From Saezia sanguinis (GTDB taxonomy: Bacteria > Pseudomonadota > Gammaproteobacteria > Burkholderiales > Burkholderiaceae_C), in NCBI RefSeq assembly GCF_003991585.1, contig NZ_PQSP01000002.1, forward strand, positions 388,420 through 452,419: a DNA stretch of 64,000 nucleotides, given 5' to 3'. Below are positions 18,704 through 28,400 of this stretch, one piece after another (the stretch's first letter is position 1; the number at the start of each line of letters is the position of its first letter). The notes beneath the pieces are model-generated. The model ran no database searches. It was not told where the DNA came from and saw nothing but the letters and a program-made list of their open reading frames with translations. The position numbers and the translations under genes were made by a program.

Positions 18704-20167
18704 ATGCTGAAAAATGAAAAATCAATTTGGTATGCTGCTTTTAAAGCAAAAGATACGCGATTTGATGGCCGTTTTTTTGTAGGCGTTTCTTCAACAGGAA
18801 TATATTGCCGACCTGTATGCCGCGCCAGATTGCCGAAAGCCGAGAACTGTACTTTTTACAGCACAGCAGCGGCGGCAGAGCAGGCAGGGTTTCGTCCATG
18901 TCTTTTATGCCGGCCGGAACTGGCTCCTGGCGTATCACGGATGGATGCGTCTACCTCGCTTGCCCATCGGGCAGCCAGGTTATTTGAAGAAAACTGCGGC
19001 AGTGAGCACAACATTGAAACATTTGCCAGCCGTCTTGGCTGTACAGATCGCCATTTACGCCGTGTATTTACAGCACAATACAATGTCACGCCCATACAGT
19101 ATCTGCAAACATGCAGGCTGTTGCTTGCCAAAAATCTGCTCACCGACACGGACCTCTCCGTGCTTGATGTGGCAATGACGGCAGGCTTTGGCAGCTTGCG
19201 CCGCTTCAATGATCTTTTTCGAAAGCATTACCGGCTGGCACCAACGGCACTACGCCGGCAGGCTGGAGGCGTGGCGGGGCAAAGCAACAGCGTGACTTTA
19301 ACGCTGGGGTACCGGCCCCCTTACCAGTGGCAGCAAATGATGGATTTTCTGGCCAAGCGAGCCGTACCTGGCGTAGAAACCGTCAGTAACGGGGCTTATC
19401 TGCGCACGGTACATTTAGTGTCCAAAGATCAGAAAAATGTGTATGGCTGGATACAGGTGGCGCATTGCCCGCAGAACAATGCCCTGGCAGTGACAATTGA
19501 TTCAGCTTTGCTGCCGGTGCTGCTTCATGTTTTAGCACGGGTTCGGTGTTTGTTTGATGTGGCGTGCGATCCGGATGCGGTATACGAAACGCTTGACTCC
19601 ATGAACAGCATTCGGCCGGGCCTTTGTGTGCGGGGCGTTCGTCTGCCTGGCAGTTTTGATGCATTTGAGATGTCTGTACGTGCTGTGTTGGGACAGCAGG
19701 TGACCGTGAAAGCGGCAACAACGCTGGCTGCAAGGCTGGCTGCAGCTTATGGCACACCTGTGGCAACAGGAGTGCAAGGGCTGACGCACACGTTTCCAAC
19801 GCCTGATGGCATTCTTGCGTTAGGTGGGCGAATTGGCAATCATCTGGGGCCATTAGGTATCACCTCAAAACGTGCAAACGCTATCTTGGAGCTGGCCCGG
19901 GCGTTTGTTCACAAAGACATTGATTTCAATGTGTGTGCCCAGCCTGAAACAGTGGTTGAAAAACTGATGGATATTCCCGGCGTTGGCATGTGGACAGCGC
20001 AATACATTGTGATGAGAGCTGCCGGGTGGCCTGATGCATTCCCATACACAGACGATGGTGTGAAAAAAGCGCTTGCCCCTCGAACGCTCAAGGAAATACA
20101 AGCCTTGGCTGAAGTATGGCGGCCCTGGCGAAGTTATGCAACCGTTAATTTGTGGAATTCTTTATAA
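18704..20167 (+). CDS. alkA: Ada regulatory domain (Zn-finger methylphosphotriester acceptor plus AraC HTH) fused to AlkA DNA-3-methyladenine glycosylase II
   Basis: The N-terminal Cys4 Ada_Zn_binding motif is FDGRFFVGVSSTGIYCRPVCRAR...FRPCLLCRPE. This is followed by an AraC-type HTH. The C-terminal AlkA_N/HhH-GPD domain ends ...WRSYATVNLWNSL. Confidence 0.8.
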   Translation: MLKNEKSIWYAAFKAKDTRFDGRFFVGVSSTGIYCRPVCRARLPKAENCTFYSTAAAAEQAGFRPCLLCRPELAPGVSRMDASTSLAHRAARLFEENCGSEHNIETFASRLGCTDRHLRRVFTAQYNVTPIQYLQTCRLLLAKNLLTDTDLSVLDVAMTAGFGSLRRFNDLFRKHYRLAPTALRRQAGGVAGQSNSVTLTLGYRPPYQWQQMMDFLAKRAVPGVETVSNGAYLRTVHLVSKDQKNVYGWIQVAHCPQNNALAVTIDSALLPVLLHVLARVRCLFDVACDPDAVYETLDSMNSIRPGLCVRGVRLPGSFDAFEMSVRAVLGQQVTVKAATTLAARLAAAYGTPVATGVQGLTHTFPTPDGILALGGRIGNHLGPLGITSKRANAILELARAFVHKDIDFNVCAQPETVVEKLMDIPGVGMWTAQYIVMRAAGWPDAFPYTDDGVKKALAPRTLKEIQALAEVWRPWRSYATVNLWNSL

Positions 20168-20193
20168 AACATTTCCTATATACGGAGGAAGAC

Positions 20194-20733
20194 ATGTTTT
20201 ACTCAACTCATTATGTGTCGCCAATTGGTGTGATCATGTTAGCAAGCGATGGTGAACGGCTTGTCGGGTTATGGATGGAAGGTCAAAAGTATTTTGGCGG
20301 CACGGTGACAGAACCACTTACAGAAAAAACTGATCTGGCTATTTTTACTGCAGCCAGAAACTGGCTGGATAGGTATTTTGCGGGTAAAACGCCGGCCATC
20401 TCTGAGTTGCCTTTGGCCCCGATTGGAGGGGAATTTCGCAAGGCTGTATGGAATATCCTGTGTGAAATTCCGTATGGAAAATTAACCACCTATGGCGATA
20501 TTGCTAAAAAGGTGGCCAAACGAATGGGGAAAGCGAGCATGTCCAGCCAGGCCGTTGGGGGCGCTGTGGGGCATAACCCCATTTCGATTATCATTCCCTG
20601 CCATCGTGTGATAGGGACAAATGGCAGTTTGACTGGGTACGCCGGCGGTATCAGTAAGAAAATAAAGCTGCTGGAGTTAGAAGGTGCTGATATATCCGGC
20701 CTGTTTATTCCCCGTCAGAGCACAGCCTTGTAG
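20194..20733 (+). CDS. ogt: methylated-DNA--protein-cysteine methyltransferase (Ogt/Ada C-terminal type)
   Basis: PCHRV active-site motif (IIIPCHRVIG). A GGAGGAAGAC ribosome-binding site sits immediately upstream of ATG MFYSTHY. The gene is adjacent to ada-alkA. The ORF-track start at 20152 is probably too far upstream. Confidence 0.8.
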   Translation: MFYSTHYVSPIGVIMLASDGERLVGLWMEGQKYFGGTVTEPLTEKTDLAIFTAARNWLDRYFAGKTPAISELPLAPIGGEFRKAVWNILCEIPYGKLTTYGDIAKKVAKRMGKASMSSQAVGGAVGHNPISIIIPCHRVIGTNGSLTGYAGGISKKIKLLELEGADISGLFIPRQSTAL

Positions 20734-20912
20734 TTAAATGGATGAAACTAGGGGATGGAAGCGACGTTATTTTTTCAACGGATATGCAGGGCAGCAAGTC
20801 GCCAGGCGTGTTATTGATACTACTTTATCAATGACATCACATGAACCATTTGGTTGTTCATTTATGGCATAACATGCTTCCAGCTGATGTGTCATGCTGG
20901 CAATGCTGATGC

Positions 20913-21248
20913 TTATACAGCAGCAGGGCCGTATATCGGCGCATTCTGTATATAGGCGGCAAATGCAATACATGCGATGGAAATCATATATGTCGCTGTT
21001 AGCATGGCTACCCATGTTTTCCGATGGTGGCAGCGATACGCAGCCAAAGCCAGTAGCCAAAAAATGCACGGCAGCCACATGTCCAGCCATTTGAACCTGA
21101 TGAGCATTGCTGTGAGTGTGGGTAACTCCGCCCCAAATGATTCAAAAAGCGCACCCAAATAGGCAAGAAGCGAATAGATAGATACCGCGCTGCTGATGGC
21201 CAACAACAGGCCTATGGCAAACCCGATTTTCTGATTTCTGGTCATCAT
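20913..21248 (-). CDS. hypothetical small membrane protein (111 aa, 3-4 TM)
   Basis: Hydrophobic ORF MMTRNQKIGFAIGLLLAISSAVSIYSLLAYLGALF... with no recognisable family. Confidence 0.35.
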   Translation of the reverse strand: MMTRNQKIGFAIGLLLAISSAVSIYSLLAYLGALFESFGAELPTLTAMLIRFKWLDMWLPCIFWLLALAAYRCHHRKTWVAMLTATYMISIACIAFAAYIQNAPIYGPAAV

Positions 21249-21328
21249 GTTTTCAGTATAACAATTTAATGCCAGACTCTATTTTTCAACAGGTTATGAG
21301 TAGCAGTGCGTTTTTGCGTACAACCTGT

Positions 21329-21402
21329 TGGAGCGGGTGAAGGGAATCGAACCCTCGTCTAAAGCTTGGGAAGCTGCCGTTCTACCATTGAACTACACCC
21401 GC
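21329..21402 (-). tRNA. tRNA-Gly (anticodon CCC)
   Basis: Reverse complement reads GCGGGTGTAGTTCAATGGTAGAACGGCAGCTTCCCAAGCTTTAGACGAGGGTTCGATTCCCTTCACCCGCTCCA. This is near-identical in shape to E. coli glyU, with the anticodon loop UUCCCAA, a 7-bp acceptor stem and an encoded CCA. Confidence 0.85.
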
Positions 21403-21526
21403 TTAAAGTGAGCGCACCGCAAGAGGATGCGAGTGCACATTATAAGGAAAGAATTCTTTTTTTGCATGTATATGAGTAGCATGTGGTGCCAAAGAGCCTG
21501 TTTTGTCTTGTTAGCACTTGGCTGAT

Positions 21527-24500
21527 TCAGGCCAGGCGTTCCAAAATAGCATCTATTGCCACCTGCCGGTCCACAGTCCAGATGCCGTAACTCAATGGCA
21601 GCATTTCGAGGCCGGCACGGGCAAGTATCTGGTAGCGTTCTACGCCCAGGTAATCTTCTCCAGGGCCGGGGTAACCAATCAAGTCAATGGCCAGCATACG
21701 TTCGTCTTTCTGGCAAATCAGGTCAACGATCTGGCCTGCAATAAAAAAGTTTTTCCAGATGCAAATGCCATGAACCTCCAATGCATTGCAGACCTGCTGT
21801 TGGAATTCTGTATGTGGAGTGGCGTCAGGTTGCTGCAAAGCATAACCGGACTGAATGCTTTCCAGATACAGTCTCAACAGGTTATCTGGCGGCAGTGTAT
21901 TTTCATCGCCACTGAAAAGAACGATCTGCTGCTCGCGTGCACGTGTTACGGTCACATTAAACACATCAGGCCGGTTGAGGTAGTAGCTGGCACGCCGGCT
22001 TTCATTGTCCAGCGTAAAGCTCAGAATCATCAGGTCGCGTTCTTCTCCCTGGAAGCCATAGGGGGTGCCGACCAGAATTTTAAAGGCCAGAATGTTGTCT
22101 GCACTGATTTCGCGCATGAGATGCTGGCGGATTGCATCTACCTGGGCGCGAAATGGCGACAGGATGCCGATGCTGGGTTTGGTATCGGCATTCTGATAAG
22201 TATGGATATGTGCCTGTATCAGTTCAAGAGTGCGCTCTACTTCTGCCTGATTGACATTGGTGGATGAGCGTGCGCCTTCTATACGTTCCAGAATCAACGC
22301 GGGCGGTTTTTCTGCCATGCTTTCAGGCGATACCGGCCTTTCTTTCATGACCTTAATGCGGTTATTGTAGAAATGCCGGTTGCTGAATGCAATGAGTTCA
22401 GGGCGGGAGCGAAAGTGCTCATCCAGAAACGTGATGGCGTTGCTGTCTTTGATTTGTGCGTTCACCAGGTCCAGCAGGCTGTTATCACGGTAGCTCCATT
22501 TTTCAAATGTATCTGCAGGCAGGCCGGTTTGTTGAAAAGTGTGTTGTTCCAGTTGACGAGACAAAAATGAAATGTGCCGCAGTTGCTGATAGTCGCCAGT
22601 GACTACAGCACGTTTGCAGCGGAAAAAAGCAGGCAGTGCCGTGGCAATATCGCACTGTGTGGCTTCATCGACGATCAGCAGATCAAACAAATTAGGATGC
22701 AAGGGGAGTACCCGATGCAGGTCGTTGAAAGTCATGATCCATACAGGCAGTGCTTTAAGCATCAGGTGCCACTCTACATGTCCAATTCTCCAGTTTTTGT
22801 AGTCTGTTTCATTGAGTGATTCATCGTATCTCAGAAATTCTTCTCTATGCTCGTTCAGCAGTTTTTGCAGGGTGTCGTGGCGTTTAATGTTCAGGTAGTT
22901 TCGGCTGAGTATTTCACGCTGTTTTTGGCATGCAATCAGTTGGTCCAAAATCTGCCAGTGCTTGGTGCTGCTGCTGATTTTGCGGCGGACAAATGACATT
23001 TGCAATGTCCTTTTCCACCATGGGAGTTTTTTCTGTTCATTGGCAACAATCAGCTGACTTGTATGCAAAGCCAGCGTTCCTTTTTCGGTAAAAGCTTTGC
23101 GCAGGTTCAGCTCTTTTTGGGCACATTTTTTTAATTCATTTTCCACGGATCGGGTGGATGGTGCGGCTGTATTCGGTTCGGGGGCAGACAAATCTATTCT
23201 GGTAAAGAAGTTCAGCTTGTCTTTCAGGGCTGGAACCAGCGTTTTGTTGTAGCCGAAGTTCATGACGCCTTCTGCCAGACCCATGTCAGTGCACAGTTTA
23301 TCGGCAATTACGTTGGCAGCCTGTTCTGAGCCAGTCACAATCAGTACAGTTTCATCGTTGAGTATGCGATCCAGAGCCATGGCCGCAAGGGTATAGCTTT
23401 TGCCGGTTCCGGGTGGGCCGTTAATGATGCTTAAAGGGTATTGAATAGCGTTGTTTAAAGCATTGGCCTGTGCCTGGCTTAATAAAGCGGGTAAGGCATG
23501 AGGTCTGCTTTGTAGAATGGTGGGTGCAGGCGTTGGAAATAGCTGCTCGTTATGATGTTGAATGGAAAAAAGGAGATTCTCTCTATTCTGAACCTCACCC
23601 TTATTACTTGGTTTCTGATGTAGGCTCAGCAATGAGTTGATATATATTTGTTCAAGGAGATAGAGTCTTCTTGATAACAAGCGCCGGGCAATTTTTTGTG
23701 CAATCGGGAATAGTTCCGGTGCATTGGGGTGTTTTTCCTGACATGACACAAAGTATTCATAAAGCTGACGCAATGTGTAAGATGAATCATCAAAATAATA
23801 AGCAGGCATGCCCAGCAGGTTGTAGATTGCGTTGGAAAAACCCGCCTGTTTTGGCAGTTCATTGAGTTCATGCCGGATATTTTGGCTGATGCTTTTTTGT
23901 TTGACGTAGAACAACATGCCGCAGGAATATATTTTCAGATGGTTTTCCTGATCAGGGTTGTCTAAATGTCGTTGTTGGAGATTGGGCTCAAGAGCAGGGA
24001 AGCTGGCCGTGTGAATCACATACCTGATGGCAATGCCTGTTCTGATGGCAATGCCTGTTGCTTTGCGACGTAGGGCTTTTTTTTTGGACTTTCTGGAAAT
24101 TTTGGGGGCTGGTTCAGGCGTGACGGAAGCTGTAACTGTGCCGCCTGAGGTCAGGCCAAACACATGGTCAACATGGTTGGAGGACGTAAAGTAACAATAA
24201 GTTTTAAGCCATTCAGACAATTTTTCCAAATAGCTTCGGGTAATGCCTTCTGCGGGCGTGAGCGTTGGTGCTGTGCTGAGAACAGATGCATCATACTGTT
24301 CACGCAATATTCTTTTTAAAAGGCCTTTGTTGAGCACAGGCATGTGTGCATCAATACTCAAGGTATAAATATCTGTAACGTTATTGTGACCAACAATTGC
24401 TTCATAATAAATCAAAGGGCCTGCAACCCAATAAGGTTCGATTTGATTGCGGTATTGGTTGTATAGCTGTGTCTTTTTCTTTTCGTCACCGTTGGCCTGT

Positions 24501-24880
24501 TGTATCCAGGCCGGTGCGACATATCTGCCTTCGGCGTCACGAAAGCCGTGGATTAAATGTAACAACTCGAGTACCCGCGCATGAGGCGGATAGCCGCAGA
24601 TATAAAACAGGCCGTAGATTAGCTGAGTTTCATGGGCATATAAAGACATTTGGAGACAAAAAGATTTTCCTGTCTCCGTATCCAGCTCAACTGTGGGTGT
24701 AATGCACCTAGCTAATTGTTCTTGCCCTGAAAAAAAGTGAAATTCCTGAGGCTTGGTTTTATCCTGAAAATAGTTGTTCCCGGATTCATTGAGGACTTGG
24801 TCAAGCCTGAGTTCACGGTTTTCTATCTGATAACAGGTACGGTAAAACTGTGTAATGCGTTGGATAAATTCAGTGGGCAT
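21527..24880 (-). CDS. SF1 (Upf1/DNA2-like AAA_11/AAA_12) helicase with a C-terminal Vsr/DUF559-like endonuclease domain and an uncharacterised ~450-aa N-terminus (1117 aa)
   Basis: Walker A INGPPGTGKSYTLAAMA. Helicase motif VI NVTVTRAREQQIVLFS. C-terminal HTEFQQQVCNALEVHGICIWKNFFIAGQIVDLICQ...LAIDLIGYPG matches the Vsr-like fold. Confidence 0.75.
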   Translation of the reverse strand: MPTEFIQRITQFYRTCYQIENRELRLDQVLNESGNNYFQDKTKPQEFHFFSGQEQLARCITPTVELDTETGKSFCLQMSLYAHETQLIYGLFYICGYPPHARVLELLHLIHGFRDAEGRYVAPAWIQQANGDEKKKTQLYNQYRNQIEPYWVAGPLIYYEAIVGHNNVTDIYTLSIDAHMPVLNKGLLKRILREQYDASVLSTAPTLTPAEGITRSYLEKLSEWLKTYCYFTSSNHVDHVFGLTSGGTVTASVTPEPAPKISRKSKKKALRRKATGIAIRTGIAIRYVIHTASFPALEPNLQQRHLDNPDQENHLKIYSCGMLFYVKQKSISQNIRHELNELPKQAGFSNAIYNLLGMPAYYFDDSSYTLRQLYEYFVSCQEKHPNAPELFPIAQKIARRLLSRRLYLLEQIYINSLLSLHQKPSNKGEVQNRENLLFSIQHHNEQLFPTPAPTILQSRPHALPALLSQAQANALNNAIQYPLSIINGPPGTGKSYTLAAMALDRILNDETVLIVTGSEQAANVIADKLCTDMGLAEGVMNFGYNKTLVPALKDKLNFFTRIDLSAPEPNTAAPSTRSVENELKKCAQKELNLRKAFTEKGTLALHTSQLIVANEQKKLPWWKRTLQMSFVRRKISSSTKHWQILDQLIACQKQREILSRNYLNIKRHDTLQKLLNEHREEFLRYDESLNETDYKNWRIGHVEWHLMLKALPVWIMTFNDLHRVLPLHPNLFDLLIVDEATQCDIATALPAFFRCKRAVVTGDYQQLRHISFLSRQLEQHTFQQTGLPADTFEKWSYRDNSLLDLVNAQIKDSNAITFLDEHFRSRPELIAFSNRHFYNNRIKVMKERPVSPESMAEKPPALILERIEGARSSTNVNQAEVERTLELIQAHIHTYQNADTKPSIGILSPFRAQVDAIRQHLMREISADNILAFKILVGTPYGFQGEERDLMILSFTLDNESRRASYYLNRPDVFNVTVTRAREQQIVLFSGDENTLPPDNLLRLYLESIQSGYALQQPDATPHTEFQQQVCNALEVHGICIWKNFFIAGQIVDLICQKDERMLAIDLIGYPGPGEDYLGVERYQILARAGLEMLPLSYGIWTVDRQVAIDAILERLA
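24024..24059. repeat. perfect in-frame 18-bp tandem duplication (ctgatggcaatgcctgtt x2) inside the helicase-nuclease CDS
   Basis: Read directly. On the coding strand it duplicates the hexapeptide TGIAIR (…KATGIAIRTGIAIRYV…). Confidence 0.85.
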
Positions 24881-24925
24881 AGGTTCAGGTTTGACAAATG
24901 CAGAAGTTTTGGCAAAGCACTTCCG

Positions 24926-25486
24926 TTAGGCGCGTTTTTTTCGGTAAATCCAGGCTGTCAGTGTGCCACAGATTACTCCGGCCAGATGGTATTCGATGGA
25001 TACGCCTTCTTTGGGAAGTAGCCCCAGCCATAGCCCGCCGTACAACAGCAATACGATCAGACCGATGACGATGTTGGCGATATTGCGTTGAAAAAAAGCG
25101 CGCGCAATCAACCATGCCCATAAACCAAACAGCCAGCCACTGGCGCCGGCATGGATGCTGTTGCGGCCAAATATCCAGACCAGCAGACCACTGCCCAGGA
25201 TAATCCATACGCTGGCGTGTATAAAGCGTTTGGGTGAGTCCCACATGGCCAGCAGGCTGAAAAGCAGCAGGACCGGCAGGTTGGACCACAGATGCATCCA
25301 GCTGTTATGCAGCCAGGGCGAAAGGATAATACCGGGCAGGCCGCTGAGGTGCCTGGGCCAAAGGCCAAAATCACGTGCCAATATGCCGCCCATGGTGGCA
25401 TTGATGGCTTGCAGCACAATCATCAGTGCCGCTATGGTGAAAAGTATCAGCAGCCGTTTTTCCCACTGGGCTTTACTTGCGGTCAT
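24926..25486 (-). CDS. rhomboid-family intramembrane serine protease (186 aa)
   Basis: Six TM helices, GxSG catalytic motif IHAGASGWLFGL and catalytic His in EYHLAGVICG. The start overlaps the 3' end of the upstream giant gene by 14 nt. Confidence 0.8.
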   Translation of the reverse strand: MTASKAQWEKRLLILFTIAALMIVLQAINATMGGILARDFGLWPRHLSGLPGIILSPWLHNSWMHLWSNLPVLLLFSLLAMWDSPKRFIHASVWIILGSGLLVWIFGRNSIHAGASGWLFGLWAWLIARAFFQRNIANIVIGLIVLLLYGGLWLGLLPKEGVSIEYHLAGVICGTLTAWIYRKKRA

Positions 25487-28400
25487 AGTAATCGCTGGTG
25501 TCGCTGTCTTTCATGGTTTCGATCACCTGTGTGTGTCCCATGAGTGTTGCCAGTTTACGTAAACCATTGGTCAGGTTCACAATGTTTTTCTGTGAGCGCA
25601 GATCTACTTCCAGCTTTTTATCCATCAGCTTCATGACAGGAATAAAGCTCTTCTCCAGTGTGCTTGCCATACCTTGCAGAATTTCGGCCACGCCGGGCTG
25701 GGGCTGGGTCGAAAGGTTCACCGACACATTGGGCGGGGCAGGAGGCTGCTCGAGTTTTTCGAGCTGATCAAAAATCTGCTGCCATGGAATTTGCAGGGGC
25801 GGTGTATCCGGCTTGTTTTCAACAAACTGGGCAAAGCCCTGGAATTCATTGACTAGGTCATTCAACTGAGCCACAACCCGCATGCCGGTATCGGCATCGT
25901 CACCACCCATGGCCTTGATCCGCAGGAAGTCCTGCCTGATCTGCTCCCAGCGTTGCTGTTGTTCTTCGGTCATGCGACCGCGCAGTTCAGAGAGTTTCAG
26001 CAGGTTTTCTTCAGCGCCGGTGGTGAGCAACTGGGCTTCGCCCTGGTAGTGGTCGTTAATGACCTGGGCAATTTCGCCTTCGTTCATGATGGCAGAGATT
26101 TTTTCTGCCATTTTGTTCATGTTGCGGTAGCTGCCCTGCAGTCTGAATGGCGGCTCTGTGCGGTATTTATCGGCCTGTGCAGCGCTGGCAATGTATTGCT
26201 GGTTGACTTTGAGCACCACTTCGCGAATGGTGAACATGCGTTGCAGGGTGCCGACAATTTCATTGATTTCTGCTGCACTGTAGCTGTAGCTGAACTCGTT
26301 GTTGGAAATTTCTTTGCCATCGGCCTTGTCAACAAAGCGGTACACATCGGCCATGTCACGGGTTGCCAAAGGTGCCAGCACGGCATTGGATGTGAGCGAG
26401 TTTTCAATATAGCTCAGTGCAAATGCCTCTTGCATGCCGCCCAGTGTTTCACCCAGGTTATAAATATCGGCACGGTTGGCGAGCATGTCCGGTATTTTGA
26501 ACACTTCGCCTGATTCTGTATAAGGGTTGCCGGCCATGACAACGCAGAACCGGCGCGCGCGCATGTCGTAGGTTTTGGTACGGCCTTTCCATACGCCTTC
26601 GATGCGGCGGGTGCCGTCACACAGTGAAATGAATTTTTGTAAAAACTCCGCATTGGTGTGCTGTATGTCATCGACATACAGCATGACGTTGTTGCCCATT
26701 TCAAGCGCCAGGTTGAGCTTTTCGAGCTCCTGGCGTGATGTGGCGTCAGGTGCCTGGGCCGGGTCCAGTGAGTGAACACGGTGGCCCAATGACGGGCCGT
26801 TGATTTTCATGAAAATCAGCCCCAGCCGGTGCGCCACGTATTCCATCAGCGTGGTTTTGCCATAGCCGGGCGGGGAGATTAGCATCAGCAGGCCCATCAG
26901 GTCAGAGCGTTTGCTCTCCCCGACCGTTCCCATCTGCTTGGCGAGGTTGTCGCCGATAACAGGCAGGTAGACGTCATTGATCAGGCGGTTGCGGACAAAA
27001 GATGTCAGTGGCCTGGGTTTAAACTCCTCCAGCCGCAATGATTCGCGTTCCTGGGCAATGATGTTTTGCCGCAGCAACTGATAGCGGTTCAGTGCCGGCA
27101 GGAATACTTCTGTGTGCTGGCGTACCCGTGCAAAAAAATCATCCACGGATAAATGCATCTGCTGGTTTTCAATGCGCGGGTGTGTACCCATCAGGTCTTT
27201 GACGGTAAAGCGCAGATCCGTTTCGGTAAAGCGCAGCGGGAAGTCTTCGGTCAGCAAAAATAAAACGATGGCTTCCGGAATGTAGCCGGCAATGGCATTC
27301 AGGTTTTGGCTTTCATCAGCCTGACATAAGCCTTGCAGCGCGTTTTCAACCTGCCCCCATTGGGCGTCAGGTCGTTCTCCCAGGCGTTGCAGTGCTTGGC
27401 GGAAGTCATCCCACATGCGCTCGCCCTGCAGGCGCAGTTGCAGGGCGTCCTGCAGTTGTTTGCCGTATTTGCTGAAGGTAAATTCCACACGGTCGGCTGC
27501 CAGAGCCTGCACCAGGTAATCAGCCGCTTCATGTGCGACGGACTGGTCGTAAGAAAGGCCGGTTTTGTCAAACCAGTCCTGTATGGACTGTGCAATTTCC
27601 TGCCGCAACGCAGTGATGCCCTGCGCACGGCCAAACAATAGTTGAATGGATTTGCTGGCGCGTGCGCGTTCTATCCACAAAGCGCTGGCTTCTTCATTGG
27701 CGCGGGTATATTGCCAGAACAGACCGGCCAATGCCCGTGGCAATGGCGAGTAGCGCAGCAACCCGGCACTTTCGGCCAAGGGTAGCAACTGCAAAAGGAG
27801 CAGGGTTGCGTCATGGTCGTGAATGCCTTTTTCGTAGCCTTCTTTGTAACGCGGCGTGGCAAAGTCGCGCACGGTTTTGCCCAGCACATCGGGTTGTGCC
27901 AGCTGGGTTTTGAGCAGGTTCAGTGACAAACCTTCCTGCTGCTGGCTGGCTGCTTTCAGAATTTGCGCCGCCAGATATTCACCGCGGTAAAGCTGCGGGG
28001 TTTCCGATTCGATCGATATTTGCCAGTAATCCCGCAGGTTTTCAAGCTCTGGATTGTTCAGCGGTTCAAAATAGTCGGTACCGGTCAGGTGGATGCATAA
28101 ATGGTTGTCACGCGGCAGCAGGGTCAGGTCCAGCTCCTGCGTATTGACGCTGAAGCGGTGCCTGGGGCCCAGTTTAATGACATTGCCGCCATCTTCAAAC
28201 AGTTCGGTTTTGTCGCGCAATGAGCGCAATGCCTGATCGCGTGCGCTTTTTAAGCGGGCTTCGACGTCATCGGCACGCACACTGTCATGCAGTTCACGCA
28301 GACGGGATACCAGTTCGCGCAGTTTTAAAATCAGAGGATCCGATGCAAAGAATGCATTCATTTCTTCCGGTTTGTTCAGGCGCGCGGTGCGGCGTGGCAA

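Noticed and set aside
21279-21330. Inverted repeat CAACAGGTT…AACCTGTTG immediately 3' of tRNA-Gly, as a terminator or att site
   Set aside because: The hairpin has a 26-nt loop and no U-tract on the tRNA strand. No second copy of the tRNA 3' end was seen elsewhere in the window to indicate an att duplication.
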